A stretch of DNA of 62,948 nt, the filler included, from Reticulomyxa filosa (taxonomy: Eukaryota; Protista; Foraminifera): assembly GCA_000512085.1 (NCBI GenBank). It is 21 parts of 21 records of this genome, joined end to end, with 100 filler letters (N's around TTAATTAATTAA, not from the genome) between each part and the next. Parts side by side here need not be neighbours in the genome. Positions count along the whole stretch, not along the records: positions 23,577 to 26,535 come from ASPP01011965.1; positions 26,636 to 27,758 come from ASPP01025588.1; positions 27,859 to 28,997 come from ASPP01009969.1; positions 29,098 to 35,091 come from ASPP01018798.1; 17 more parts are not named here. One strand, written 5' to 3'. Below are positions 24,414-35,091 of the stretch, piece by piece. A program made the position numbers and the translations under genes. Numbering within the stretch: position 1 is the stretch's first letter; every line of letters starts with the position of its first letter. A model generated the notes under the pieces. That model had not been told where the DNA came from and did no database searches. It saw only the letters and a list, made by a program, of their open reading frames with translations.

Positions 24414-25231
24414 ATGTCATCTTGCAAGAGTGAAGCTCATGAACATGGACATGGTCATGATGATCATGATAAAGACTGTGAACATAACCATGATGGAGAC
24501 TCAAAATTACCAGAGAACGACATAGGCGCTTCGTTGTATCAGTACATAGACACCGAGAGCGTCCACTGCTTCAATGAACAAAAAGAGGGAACAGGAAAGT
24601 TGGTATTCAAACAATGGACGGAGAGAAACGACAATACAAAATTTGTGGTCTCAGATACCGACGAAGAGCCAGAGCTATTGTTTAAAATACCATTGACAAA
24701 CATCTGCACATTGAGAAGCATCCAAGTCTTTTTTGAAGATGTGACATCAATGCCAACAATTGTCAAACTGTTTTAGTAAATTATCTTTTTTTCAAACAAA
24801 CAAAAAAAAACAATTATGTAAATTTTAATTTATTTTTTTTTGAAATTAAAAGGTGGAAAGATAAAGAAGAAATGGACTTTGAAGATGCACACACGGTGGC
24901 ACCACATGACCAATTTAATTTGATATTTGATGACAAAGCAGACTACTTTACAAAAGTATCGAAATGGACAAATACCACACACATTACAATGTTGTTTCAA
25001 AGACCAAATGCTAGTGGTCACCATCATCATGGCAGTGACGATGACAATGACGACGATGATGATGAAGAAGAGTCACACATTGTCCCCATTCGAATTAATT
25101 ACATTGGACTAAAAGGTGAGTGGCGATCACAAGCCCGAAAGGCTGTTAAAACTGTCTATGAATCAAAGCCGATGCCTACTGATCATCAAACCAAGGCCGA
25201 TACTGGTGGCCAGTCCTCTTACATTTCTTAG
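24414..25231 (+). CDS. PITHD1: PITH domain-containing protein (2 exons; intron ~24770-24851)
   Basis: SLYQYID...CFNE, VVSDTDEEPELLFKIP, MDFEDA, RINYIGLKGE, VYESKPMPTDH. Splicing gives ...IVKL|WKDKEEMDF in frame. Confidence 0.9.
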
Positions 25232-25821
25232 ATTTTTTTAATCTTTATTTTTATTTTTTAGCCCACAACTTTTGTTTTTTGTTGTTGGTTTGACGAGCAA
25301 AATGTTCATGAACTCAAATTTTGAATTGTCATAGCCTTTCTCGCATTTATTATTTTTTTCCGGTTTTCAAAAAAGCAAATATGGCGGTCTCTTAGAGTAA
25401 TCAAGTTTTTTGTTAATGTTTAGATAATTTTCAATAGCTGCGATTTAGGATGTAGCAATGCAATCTTAATTTTATTTAATAATTTAGAAACTAGCGCGAA
25501 ACATAACTTCGAAATCTATTTAAAAGTTTCAACTTGCTTTTTTTTTTTAGGGTATCAACGGTTCTGTCCGAAATGACCCTCTTTTTCTCACCATAAAAAA
25601 AACTTTAGTGGATATGACCAACAAAAGGAGGAAGAAATGGAGAAAATTTCGCAAAAAAAAAAACAAAACAAAGGCCTACTTTAAAACAAATATTGATAAA
25701 GTGACGCTTTTTTTTAAGTTATTTTCTAACCCTATCATTTTAGTTCGGAGAAAGTGGCATATTACATGATGGGTTTTGTCAACCCCTTTTTTTCTTTTTT
25801 GCGATAATATTTTTGGTCGGT

Positions 25822-26354
25822 TTATCCAGTGGCATGTGGGTTGTCCATTGGTGCGATCTTCAAATCAGGATGTCTAGTTGGATAATTATAAATTTTGATG
25901 TTATCAAAGTCAAAGTCGTTTTGTAATTCCAATGCTGCCACACGTGACATTGTTCGAAGTTTATCAGTTTCACCGAAGCGGCTATTGTTATTATCGACAT
26001 CAATCATTATTATTCTGAGTAGTGTCATTTTAACTTAAAAAATTAAAAACAAAGGCAATAATTTGAGGTTAACAATTTGTCTTCTTCATTCTTGTAAAGA
26101 GGGAATAATCGATTCAAAATATCTCTTTGCATTTCTATATTGTATTTTTGATTTCTTCGATAAACGGCCATCTTATACACTCCCATCACCGTTCCAAGGC
26201 ATGCAATTGGATAGAACAGTGCTATTATGCGAAAGTCTCCGATTCTTGCTTTACGAAAACCTAGGCGCGCTTCTCGACGCATTCGAGCTATTTCATACGG
26301 CCTAAAATTCTTGTAGCCTGGATGTCCACGAGAGGAATTTGTAACCTCCGCCAT
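25822..26354 (-). CDS. NDUFA13: Complex I accessory subunit B16.6/GRIM-19-like (2 exons)
   Basis: HPGY motif, single TM helix, then YRRNQK...LFPLYKNEEDK (cf. LLPLLQAETDR) and C-terminal IYNYPTRHP. Phase-2 GT-AG intron ~26073-25983. Confidence 0.6.
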
Positions 26355-27858
26355 CGCTATCTTTCTAGTTCAAAAGGGTATTTTTACTTTTTTACTTAAA
26401 AAAGTTCAAAGTCAGGTCTACGACGGAAAACTTTTCAAAGTTTGAACATTAAATATATCCGTCACTGTCTCACAAATCACTGTCTTGAAACAACTAGTCA
26501 AAGATAAAGATGAATTATTTCTTATACTTGTCAACNNNNNNNNNNNNNNNNNNNNNNNNNNNNNNNNNNNNNNNNNNNNTTAATTAATTAANNNNNNNNN
26601 NNNNNNNNNNNNNNNNNNNNNNNNNNNNNNNNNNNTGGGTGTTTTACTGATCGACTTTACTTTTTTTTGAGCGGCAAGCATTTCAAACATTTGTCGATAA
26701 AACCAAGTCCTAGTCTGTCCATTCAGCATTGCTGTCAATATTTTGATCAATAAATGGCATTGCTCCACTAACATCCACAATTGCACATGTTTCTCCATCA
26801 AAATGCTACAAAAATAAAACTTACATATTCAATATATTATATGGAATATGTAACATAACGACAAATGTCCAATTTGTAAGTGATACAAGAGCTGACATAA
26901 GAAATGAATCGAAGGACTAAGATTTCCAGGCGGCTAGAGTGGAGTTGGCAATGGCTTGTGCATTTGTGTCGATGGCCAACGCCCGCATGAGCCTTACTAA
27001 GCCAAGCGCTGGGTCGGACAAGCTTTGCAAAGTCTTCAAAGTTACATTTCTCGCCAACGGCCCTATCCTCCATGTCGTGCATCGGTCCAATCATACCTAA
27101 GTTGTCGCCTATGTTGTCACTGCTATTGCTCTTCTCCAACCTGTTCACCACCGCGTCGGCTATCGTCAGCTCCGGTCCATTGCCATCACTATTTGCATTT
27201 GCACTTACATTTTGCTTATATTAATACTTGCTTGTGCTTGTATTCGTAAGCGAAGGCAGCATTGCTATTGCAATCACAGCTTCGCCAGTCTCCATTTTGA
27301 CAGTGATTATTGTATTCTCCGTTTCTTGACTGTTATTTAATCGCCGTGTTTGATATGTTTTTTTTGTTACAAAGAGAGGGAGTAACAAAGAGATACCTAC
27401 CTAGTGATAGCTTGAATGCTGGTAATTGTTATCACGATGCTCCGTTTTGACGACCTTTTTTCGTCTCGTACAAACGATTCACCAACACAGATTCATTAAC
27501 TTCTGTCTTTCTTTGCTCATGTCCTGTCTTTGTTGTTAATGATGTACGTACATTCGCTTCATATACTTCACTTCTTTATATTTTTATCGTCTTTTCTGTT
27601 ACCACGTTGCTTATGGGCGGTTGATCTGTTCTTGGTCTTTGGAACGAAACAAAACAATAAGATATATGAAAATGATATTGACAAAGAGATACTTTTTTTT
27701 GATTGATTTGAAGAAGTGATAGTTGTCAACTAATTAAACAAAACAAAAAAAACACGTCNNNNNNNNNNNNNNNNNNNNNNNNNNNNNNNNNNNNNNNNNN
27801 NNTTAATTAATTAANNNNNNNNNNNNNNNNNNNNNNNNNNNNNNNNNNNNNNNNNNNN

Positions 27859-27900
27859 AGCTGCCGGTCGACCGAGAGGCTGCTGGGACGCAAGGCCTGA
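27859..27900 (+). CDS. 3' end of an upstream bacterial gene, possibly glutamyl-tRNA synthetase
   Basis: ...STERLLGRKA-stop. gltX commonly precedes cysS in Alphaproteobacteria, but only 13 codons are visible. Confidence 0.3.
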   Translation, partial: SCRSTERLLGRKA

Positions 27901-27923
27901 AAAGGCCTGTCCCAGGCGTTCAA

Positions 27924-27952
27924 TTGCGCGGCAGGAACCGGTCGTATAGATT
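27924..27952 (+). promoter_or_regulatory. Sigma70-type promoter TTGCGC-N17-TAGATT
   Basis: -35 at 27924-27929 and -10 at 27947-27952 with a 17-nt spacer. The predicted start falls on the A of ATG 27959. Confidence 0.55.
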
Positions 27953-27958
27953 GCCGGC

Positions 27959-28012
27959 ATGACGCAGTTCGTTCTTCCCGGCGCGCGCCTGGCGCGATGT
28001 ATCGAGGCCTGA
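27959..28012 (+). CDS. Putative leaderless leader peptide MTQFVLPGARLARCIEA
   Basis: 17-codon uORF with one Cys (TGT, codon 14); its stop lies inside the 5' arm of a terminator hairpin. Confidence 0.5.
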   Translation: MTQFVLPGARLARCIEA

Positions 28013-28048
28013 GGCCCAGCGGGCCGCGTCAGGTTTCGTTCGTTTTTT
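28004..28048 (+). terminator. Intrinsic terminator/attenuator hairpin upstream of cysS
   Basis: GAGGCCTGA-GGCCC-AGC-GGGCC-(GCG)-TCAGGTTTC followed by GTTCGTTTTTT. Confidence 0.65.
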
Positions 28049-28066
28049 GAGTCGGGAGAAGGGGCG

Positions 28067-28997
28067 ATGTCCCTCGTCGTTTACAACACGCTGTCGCGCG
28101 AAAAAGAGCCGTTCGTGCCGCTCGATCCGTCGCACGTGCGCCTCTATGTCTGCGGCCCCACGGTCTACGACTATGTCCATATCGGCAACGCGCGTCCGGT
28201 CGTCGTCTTCGACGTGCTCTACCGGCTGCTGAAGCGGCGCTATCCGCGCGTGACCTATGTCCGCAACATCACCGACATCGACGACAAGATCATGGTGCGC
28301 GCTGCCGAGAATCATGAGTCGATCGACGCGCTGACCGAACGCACGGCCGCCGCCTATCAGAGCGACATGAGCCGGCTCGGGGCGCTGTCGCCGGACGTCG
28401 AGCCGCGCGCCACGAAGTATGTGGGCGAGATGATCGCGCTGATCGAGCGGCTGGTCGCCCGCGGCCATGCCTATGAAGCGGAAGGCCATGTGCTGTTCGA
28501 TGTGCCCAGCATGGCGGAGTACGGCCGGCTGTCGCGACGCTCGCATGACGAGCTGATCGCCGGCGCCCGGGTCGAGGTCGCGCCCTACAAGAAGGACGCC
28601 GCCGACTTCGTCCTGTGGAAGCCCTCCACCGACGTGCAGGCAGGCTGGCAGAGCCCGTGGGGCCGCGGACGCCCGGGCTGGCACATCGAGTGCTCCGCCA
28701 TGAGCGGCGCGCTGCTCGGCGAGACGTTCGACATCCATGCCGGCGGCCTCGACCTCATCTTCCCGCACCATGAGAACGAGATTGCGCAGAGCCGCAGCGC
28801 CTTCGGACACGCCATCATGGCGAAGTACTGGATGCACAACGGCTTCCTGAACATCTCCGGGGAGAAGATGAGCAAGTCGCTCGGCAACTTCTTCACCGTG
28901 CACGAGCTGCTCGACCAGTATCCCGGCGAGGTGATCCGGCTGCTGTTGCTGTCGGCGCAGTATCGCCAGCCGCTCGATTTCACGCCCGAAGGACTGG
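28067..28997 (+). CDS. cysS: Bacterial cysteinyl-tRNA synthetase (3' truncated by contig end)
   Basis: [71 protein letters not shown]-like GGAGAAGG upstream; intronless; high GC. Confidence 0.98.
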
Positions 28998-30149
28998 NNN
29001 NNNNNNNNNNNNNNNNNNNNNNNNNNNNNNNNNNNNNNNNNTTAATTAATTAANNNNNNNNNNNNNNNNNNNNNNNNNNNNNNNNNNNNNNNNNNNNTTT
29101 TTTTTTTTTTTTTTTTTTTTTTTTGTGTGTTTTTTTTTTTTATTATCATTATGTTGTTGTTTGAGCAAAATAAAAGAAACCATGACCTTTTTTTGGTTTT
29201 CTGGACGCCCTTTTTGGGGAATTTTTTTTTTTTTTCTTATTTATCCAATTTTTTTTTTAAAATACTCTGTTTTCAATGTTTTTTTTCCACAACATTTTAT
29301 GATTTGAAACGTAGGCGTTTAAAATTGATCTTTTTTTTCCCCAGCCAACGGGTGTATGAAGTTGAATTTTCTCGTAAGCTTGAACTTTTTTCTTGTCCTT
29401 CTATTGCTTTTATAATTTTTTTTTTTTCCAAATTATTCCCCCAATTATATCCCATTTTGCGTGTGTTGTTTTTTTCTGTTGATGTGATATTTGAAGATGA
29501 AAAATTCTTTGAAAAGATTTTTCTTGAAACTAAATTGAAGGCATTTGATTTGTCTTGGACCTGTTATGTGTGAAAATCTTTTCTTGCTTTGATTTTTGTT
29601 TGTTTTATGCGAGCGTACGCTTGTAAACAGAGATCCCCGTTTTTTTTTTTTTTTTTTTCCTTTTTTTCCAAAAAAAAATAACTAGTTAAAAAAGTAAAAC
29701 ATTGATGAATGTAGGGTTCTTTGAAGACCAAAAATTACAAAGGGTTTGATTTGGTGGTTTCTTTTTTTTTTTTTGTTTGTCATGTGCTCGTGATATTTTT
29801 CTTTTCCTGGCCATTTTTTTTTGAATGTGTTGTTTTGTTGGGTAAGTTTTTGATTATTGTGTTCATGTGTCTAATCCAACATCTCCAACAACTCTTCCGA
29901 ATGCTGACAAGTGAACGGTTTTTTTCTTTTCTTTTTTTTATTTGAGAAAAATTTATGCAGTTGCACCAAAAAAAATTGCCTGCATTATCCCACAATCCAT
30001 CTGTGAGATGTGATAATTTAACCCCATCCCAATACAAAAGATGAATTTGTATTTAGCTGTTTAAATCTTTAGAGTTGCCTCACCAAAAGTAAGAATGTGG
30101 CTCTTTGCACAAGAAAAAGAAAGGATTGCTCATAAGAAGCAAGAATAAA

Positions 30150-31032
30150 TTACTTCAACAGAAAGGGAAGTAAAAAGGCCAAAAATACTCCAAAAACCGC
30201 TAACGTAAAAAACAGAGCAATATTCCTTTTTGTCAACTTGGTGAAGTTTTGAAAATCGTATCCAAAGAGTGAGAATAATAATCGAAATAGCCACTCAAAG
30301 CGGTTGACAATTTGATCACAAAAACCATCGCAAAAGGTCTCATTGTTTATTTCGTTCAGCATGTCTTCATATACTTTATCCATTTTTTCTTTCTTATTTT
30401 TTTTGGCTAACCATTGCTCGACTTTTTGGCTATCGCGTTCCATTTGTTCCTCTTTTCCAGTGTCAGCATTTAAGGGACCATCATTAGCACCTTCGTCATC
30501 GTTAAACAATTCCCAATCAACTTTACAATAGTTCTGTTCATCAAGTTCTTTTTTTGTTTTTATTGGTTTAAAAAAAAAAATTGCAAACACCCACACCTAC
30601 GACCATAAAAACCTCAAAAAAAACCATAAATATAAGATAATAATTTGTGTCATTCCCATGGATATTGTTTATTTTTCTTAGTTTTCTTTTTGTTTGTACC
30701 GATAATCTTTTCTTGTCCTGTGGAGCCAGCAAATGAGCCCAACTTTTTTGGAATTCTTTGTTTTTTAGAACAACGATCGAAATGTGTCTTGTATTAGCCA
30801 GAGAAGTTTTGGTGATTTTGGGGTCGATCAAATGGCAAAATTCAAAACCAATTTGATACTTTTTGTTTGTTTGGCTGTCCGTGCACGAAAAAGTGAAGGA
30901 TTTTTCAGTGACATTCACTTTTACGGAATCTTCTTTTACATTCGTCACCAGGACTTTCAAGTATAATTTTTCATTGTCTTGTGCCCATTCCAGAGTCGGT
31001 GTGAACGTTTTTTCTGACTGACTTGAGGCCAT
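30150..31032 (-). CDS. p23/CS-domain co-chaperone-like protein with C-terminal transmembrane segment (2 exons)
   Basis: PTLEWAQDNEKLYLKV, W.HLL, spliced to NYCKVDWELFNDDE (p23 signature), then an acidic tail ending IALFFTLAVFGVFLAFLLPFLLK-stop. Confidence 0.75.
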
Positions 31033-31429
31033 AGCTTGATTGCTTCAATAGTTTTTTTTTTTGTTTCAAAAAAAACTTACGTGACAAGTAACGATCACAA
31101 GTTGCAAGACATTAAAATCTTCAAACAGCTCAGAATAATCTTTGATACTGATACTTCACTATATTACATCTATAAGTAATCGCAAAACTTTCTCGATCGC
31201 AAGGCATCAGTTAATGTTATTAAAAAAAGATAATAAACTCTTTATTAACAAAAATATACATTGAAAAAATTTACAATATATGTTCTCGAATATCGTAAGC
31301 AAAGACTTGTGTGCATTATCTATCTGTAAAAAAACTCTTTTCTGATAGACAACAAAATTTAAACAAGCTAAATTTACACATGCATTTTTATCGATACCCT
31401 TGCAATACGTGTATTTCTGTTTCTGCGAG

Positions 31430-32050
31430 AAAACAACAGTCTTGTAATAGCAACATCCTCATGTAATTTTTTCAGCTGTGTTCATGAAATTAGTCAGATA
31501 TTTGAAGTATTCAATGTTTTGCTAAAACAATAAACAAGAAAATTGAGCCTTTATTGTGAGATCACACTACAAAATTTGAATTGCTTTGTCGTGTGATGCT
31601 TGATCATTTGATGGATACCTTAGTTCATTGTTTGATAAAAATTATGTGTGGATATTTACTGCATTTGTCCAAATTATACATTACATAATATATTATCAAA
31701 TCCGATAAAATTGACACAATATTTTTTCCATCTAGTGAAAACTGTGCAGAATCTACAAATCAATCATATAGTTTTGTGATTCAAACGAGATGCAATCAAA
31801 TTTTGATCATTGGACATGACAAATCAAATAGGTGTATACCAATCAATATTTACATTTCTTTTCCACATGTTCAAATCTCATACCGAATTGTTTGGTCATC
31901 AGGACCTAGCTTCATCTGGTGAAAATTTTGTATTAAGCATTATTTTTGGGAACGCTTTGAAAATCTTGAATAGTTTAGAATATGTCATCTGTTTGTGTGA
32001 ATGCTTACCTGTTGCATTACTATCAAACATTCAAACAAATAAGCATAGCA
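31430..32050 (+). pseudogene. Heavily decayed WD40-repeat gene relic
   Basis: Fragments such as SFDG...DKNYVWIF and LFGHQD resemble WD40 GH...DKT.R.WD units. No intact frame. Confidence 0.3.
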
Positions 32051-34209
32051 AGCAGTGAGAGCCACATATTATGCCTATTGTAATAAACAAAGGCATGAAA
32101 AATATTTTATTAAAATAGGGAATACAATTAATATTGCATGTGTTGAATTATAATCAAGGCTCACTTCTTAATAAACATCAAGTCCACTTGCATTGAAACA
32201 AGAGTGTCAGAGTAATATATAAAAATCTCTTACCTTTCCTTTTTAAATTCATATGTGTTGTTATTACTATCTTACTTGGAATGGGATATGTTTTAGTTAA
32301 AAAACCTCACTTTTTCTTTTACTGAATTTACGATAGACTGTTATATTCTATTTTGTCTTTTTTTTTTGGAGTAGTGTACATCCTACATGAGTGAGGGTGT
32401 TAATTAAATTAATTGAAAACTAAGTTGTTTCTGGCAAGTAGTGACAATAAAATACATAAATATTTATTTTTCATTTGAAAGATAAATCCAAGCAAGACGT
32501 GGTTAACCTTGTAAAAAAAACTACGCAGGTTCATCAAATGCCAAAATATGTTTGACTAAAGCCGGGCTGGACATTGTAAATGTATCATGGGAAGATACAG
32601 CAAGAAATAGGAAATGAGCAATTGATTGCGCCAGATAGTGACAAAAAGAAGACATTTAAGACAATAATGTTGAGTGAATATTTAAAAAAGTATCACAATT
32701 TCATGTCGTATCCAGTGCGAGATGGAAATGAAACTATTTAATGAAAAGGAGGATAAACATGTGATCATGCCATCCCAATGTTGCATATTGCTGATAACAA
32801 ATGGAGACAATGCAGAAATCCCTTTCAATATATCCCTTTACAATTATCAAGTATATCAGAACATGCAACTGGGTGATCATCTTACACTTGTGGATTGTAT
32901 TGTCCATTTAGTCCTTCGACTAAGAGAAGGATGTTTTTTTGCTGGCACTCGAGTTTAGATCCAACCAAATTTTTTTTAAAGAGATACATTAAAAAAAAAA
33001 AGAATAAATGTTGATTTTTCATGGAGAAAACCAATTATCATCATAAGATATCGTTTTATGCGCTCAGTTTTCTCTACAACCTACTGCACATTACTTTTCT
33101 TTTTAAACGCGCAATTTATGCAAATCTATTTAATCGGAGTTTACAAATAAGTTCATTTCAAAACTATCAAAAAAATTTTTCAATACTGATATCCTTAGAT
33201 TTTTTTACTGTATTCTTAACTTTTCATGATAATTTAAAATATGTTTAGGAGTAACTTATATTTTCGTATATAAACACAAAATTTTGTATATCTCGATATT
33301 GTATAAATCCTTAAGTAATTTTTTCAATACTGATATGCTTAGATTTTTTTACTGTAGCAAAAAAAAAGAAAAAAAGACAAACTAACCACAAATAAAAAAT
33401 ATTACTTTTTCTTTTTTGTCTTTTTTGAGGAATTTTGCTTATTGCGCTGCTTTGATCAATTTTTAGAATTGAAACATTGATGCTTTGGTTGTTTTTTAAA
33501 TGTTTTTCATGTAAACACGTTATTATTGAAAATAATCGACAGATAAAATTTTTTTTTATTATTTCATTTTTTTTAATTTTTTGATGTGTTTGTTTTGGTT
33601 TTGTTTGCACAGTTGCATTTGTTTTCTATTCATAATTGTTAATCTTTGTTCATCGTTTTTGAGAAGCAAAATTTAGATGTAATTTTATAGAATTCAAATT
33701 ACATAATTTTACGTTTTATCAAACGATGCATAATATTTTTTGCCGTAAACATTGATGCTTTCGTCAGTATATTCTATTATCGACTTATTGTCTTAACATT
33801 AAAATTATTTATTTAAATAAAGGCGAATAATGCTTTTTTTTGTTATATATTTAATGATTTGCAAATTTTTACACAGCCACTGAAGATTTACATGTATTAC
33901 GTTATGTAATCGTTTTTGATTATGCCACGTACACATGAACGGGGCGGGGAATATAATTAAAATGGCCTACTTCTGTGGAAAATTCTTCAAAATTTTCTAA
34001 GTTTGAACGCAGACCGAAAAGAACAAACGACGTAAAAATAAATGTTTCATCGCAATTCGGAATGTTTATGAAGTATGTTTTAGTCAGAAAAAAAAAAAGT
34101 TCGCACATGACATTAGCTACCCCAGTGAAAAAGATGTGACTTTTGCGGCCCGAAAGAAACAACAAACGCAATGACAGTGACTATCAACAGCCCATTGAAA
34201 AAACTGTTT

Positions 34210-35091
34210 TTATGAGCTGGTTTGTGTGTCTCCGACATGTAATGCGAGCAATTTGGTAAATCGTGGTTTGGCAGCTTCGATATTGATCATAACGCCTTCC
34301 ATTTCTAAACAAACAAACAAAAATTCAAAAGAGGGGGAGGAGGGGAAGGAAACGTTTTTTTTTTTGCTAATGGTACAATTTTAAAAAAAACATACCAATA
34401 TTAGGATCACTTAATACTACCAAAATATTAGTGGTGAGTGTGAAGGTGCCAATGTAAGCAGAAAAATGTTTATTGCTGACTTTCATGCTGTTGAATCGGA
34501 GACTGCCTTGACTCGACCTGAGTTTGAACTGTTTGACGATATTGGCGATTTTCTCGTGTCTATATCTGTCAGGTTGTTTGCGTTGCGGATTTTCGGCACC
34601 GGAAACGAGCAGCAAGGTGCTTGACTCATACAACACAATCTCATCCGCCTTGCACAGTTCTCGCAATTCCTTTAGCGACCCTTCCAACTGTGAGCGATTC
34701 ATCAATAAACTGCCAACAATTTTGCTCCATGCTGCAAACAATGACTCATCCCATATACCTTTCATTTTTTAAAAAAATTTTAAATTTCAAAGTTCATTGA
34801 TTGAATGTTTTTTTTCCCCCCCCCCCCTCCCCCTTTGAACTTTAAAAAAAAAAAAAAAAAAAGTTCAAAGCTAACAAACTGGTCTTATCACAATCGATTT
34901 TGCAGTCGTAAGTGTTCGCACGCTTGACCAATTGCTCTTTGCATTCGTTGAACACTTCATCACGCAAATGACGGGGGACTGTGTCCATTTTGTGAATCAA
35001 CACAAAGATCTTCGCGCCTGGAGAATGCTCCCGTATCGCCCCCAACGCCATTTCAAACTTTACCATGTCGTGGAATAGATTCGCTGCTGTT
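34210..35091 (-). CDS. RRAGA: Rag GTPase A/B (Gtr1), 3' exons
   Basis: SPGAKIFVLIHKMD, KTS|IWDESLFAAWSKIV, ADEIVLYESSTLL, RHEKIANIVKQFK; last exon ...VMINIEAAKPRFTKL...stop 34210. Confidence 0.92.

Noticed and set aside
27920-28903. 327-aa ORF antisense to cysS
   Set aside because: Shadow frame expected from high-GC codon bias; no recognisable motifs.
27859-28997. Horizontal transfer of cysS into the eukaryote
   Set aside because: No host-like flank, intron or compositional amelioration; the contig is bacterial end to end.
29098-30040. Phe-rich ORFs 29125-29573 and 29721-29945
   Set aside because: Products of T-rich low-complexity non-coding sequence.
32670-32720. LKKYHNFMSYPV resembling Hsp90 KKHSQFIGYPI
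   Set aside because: The flanking translation shows no other Hsp90 motifs.
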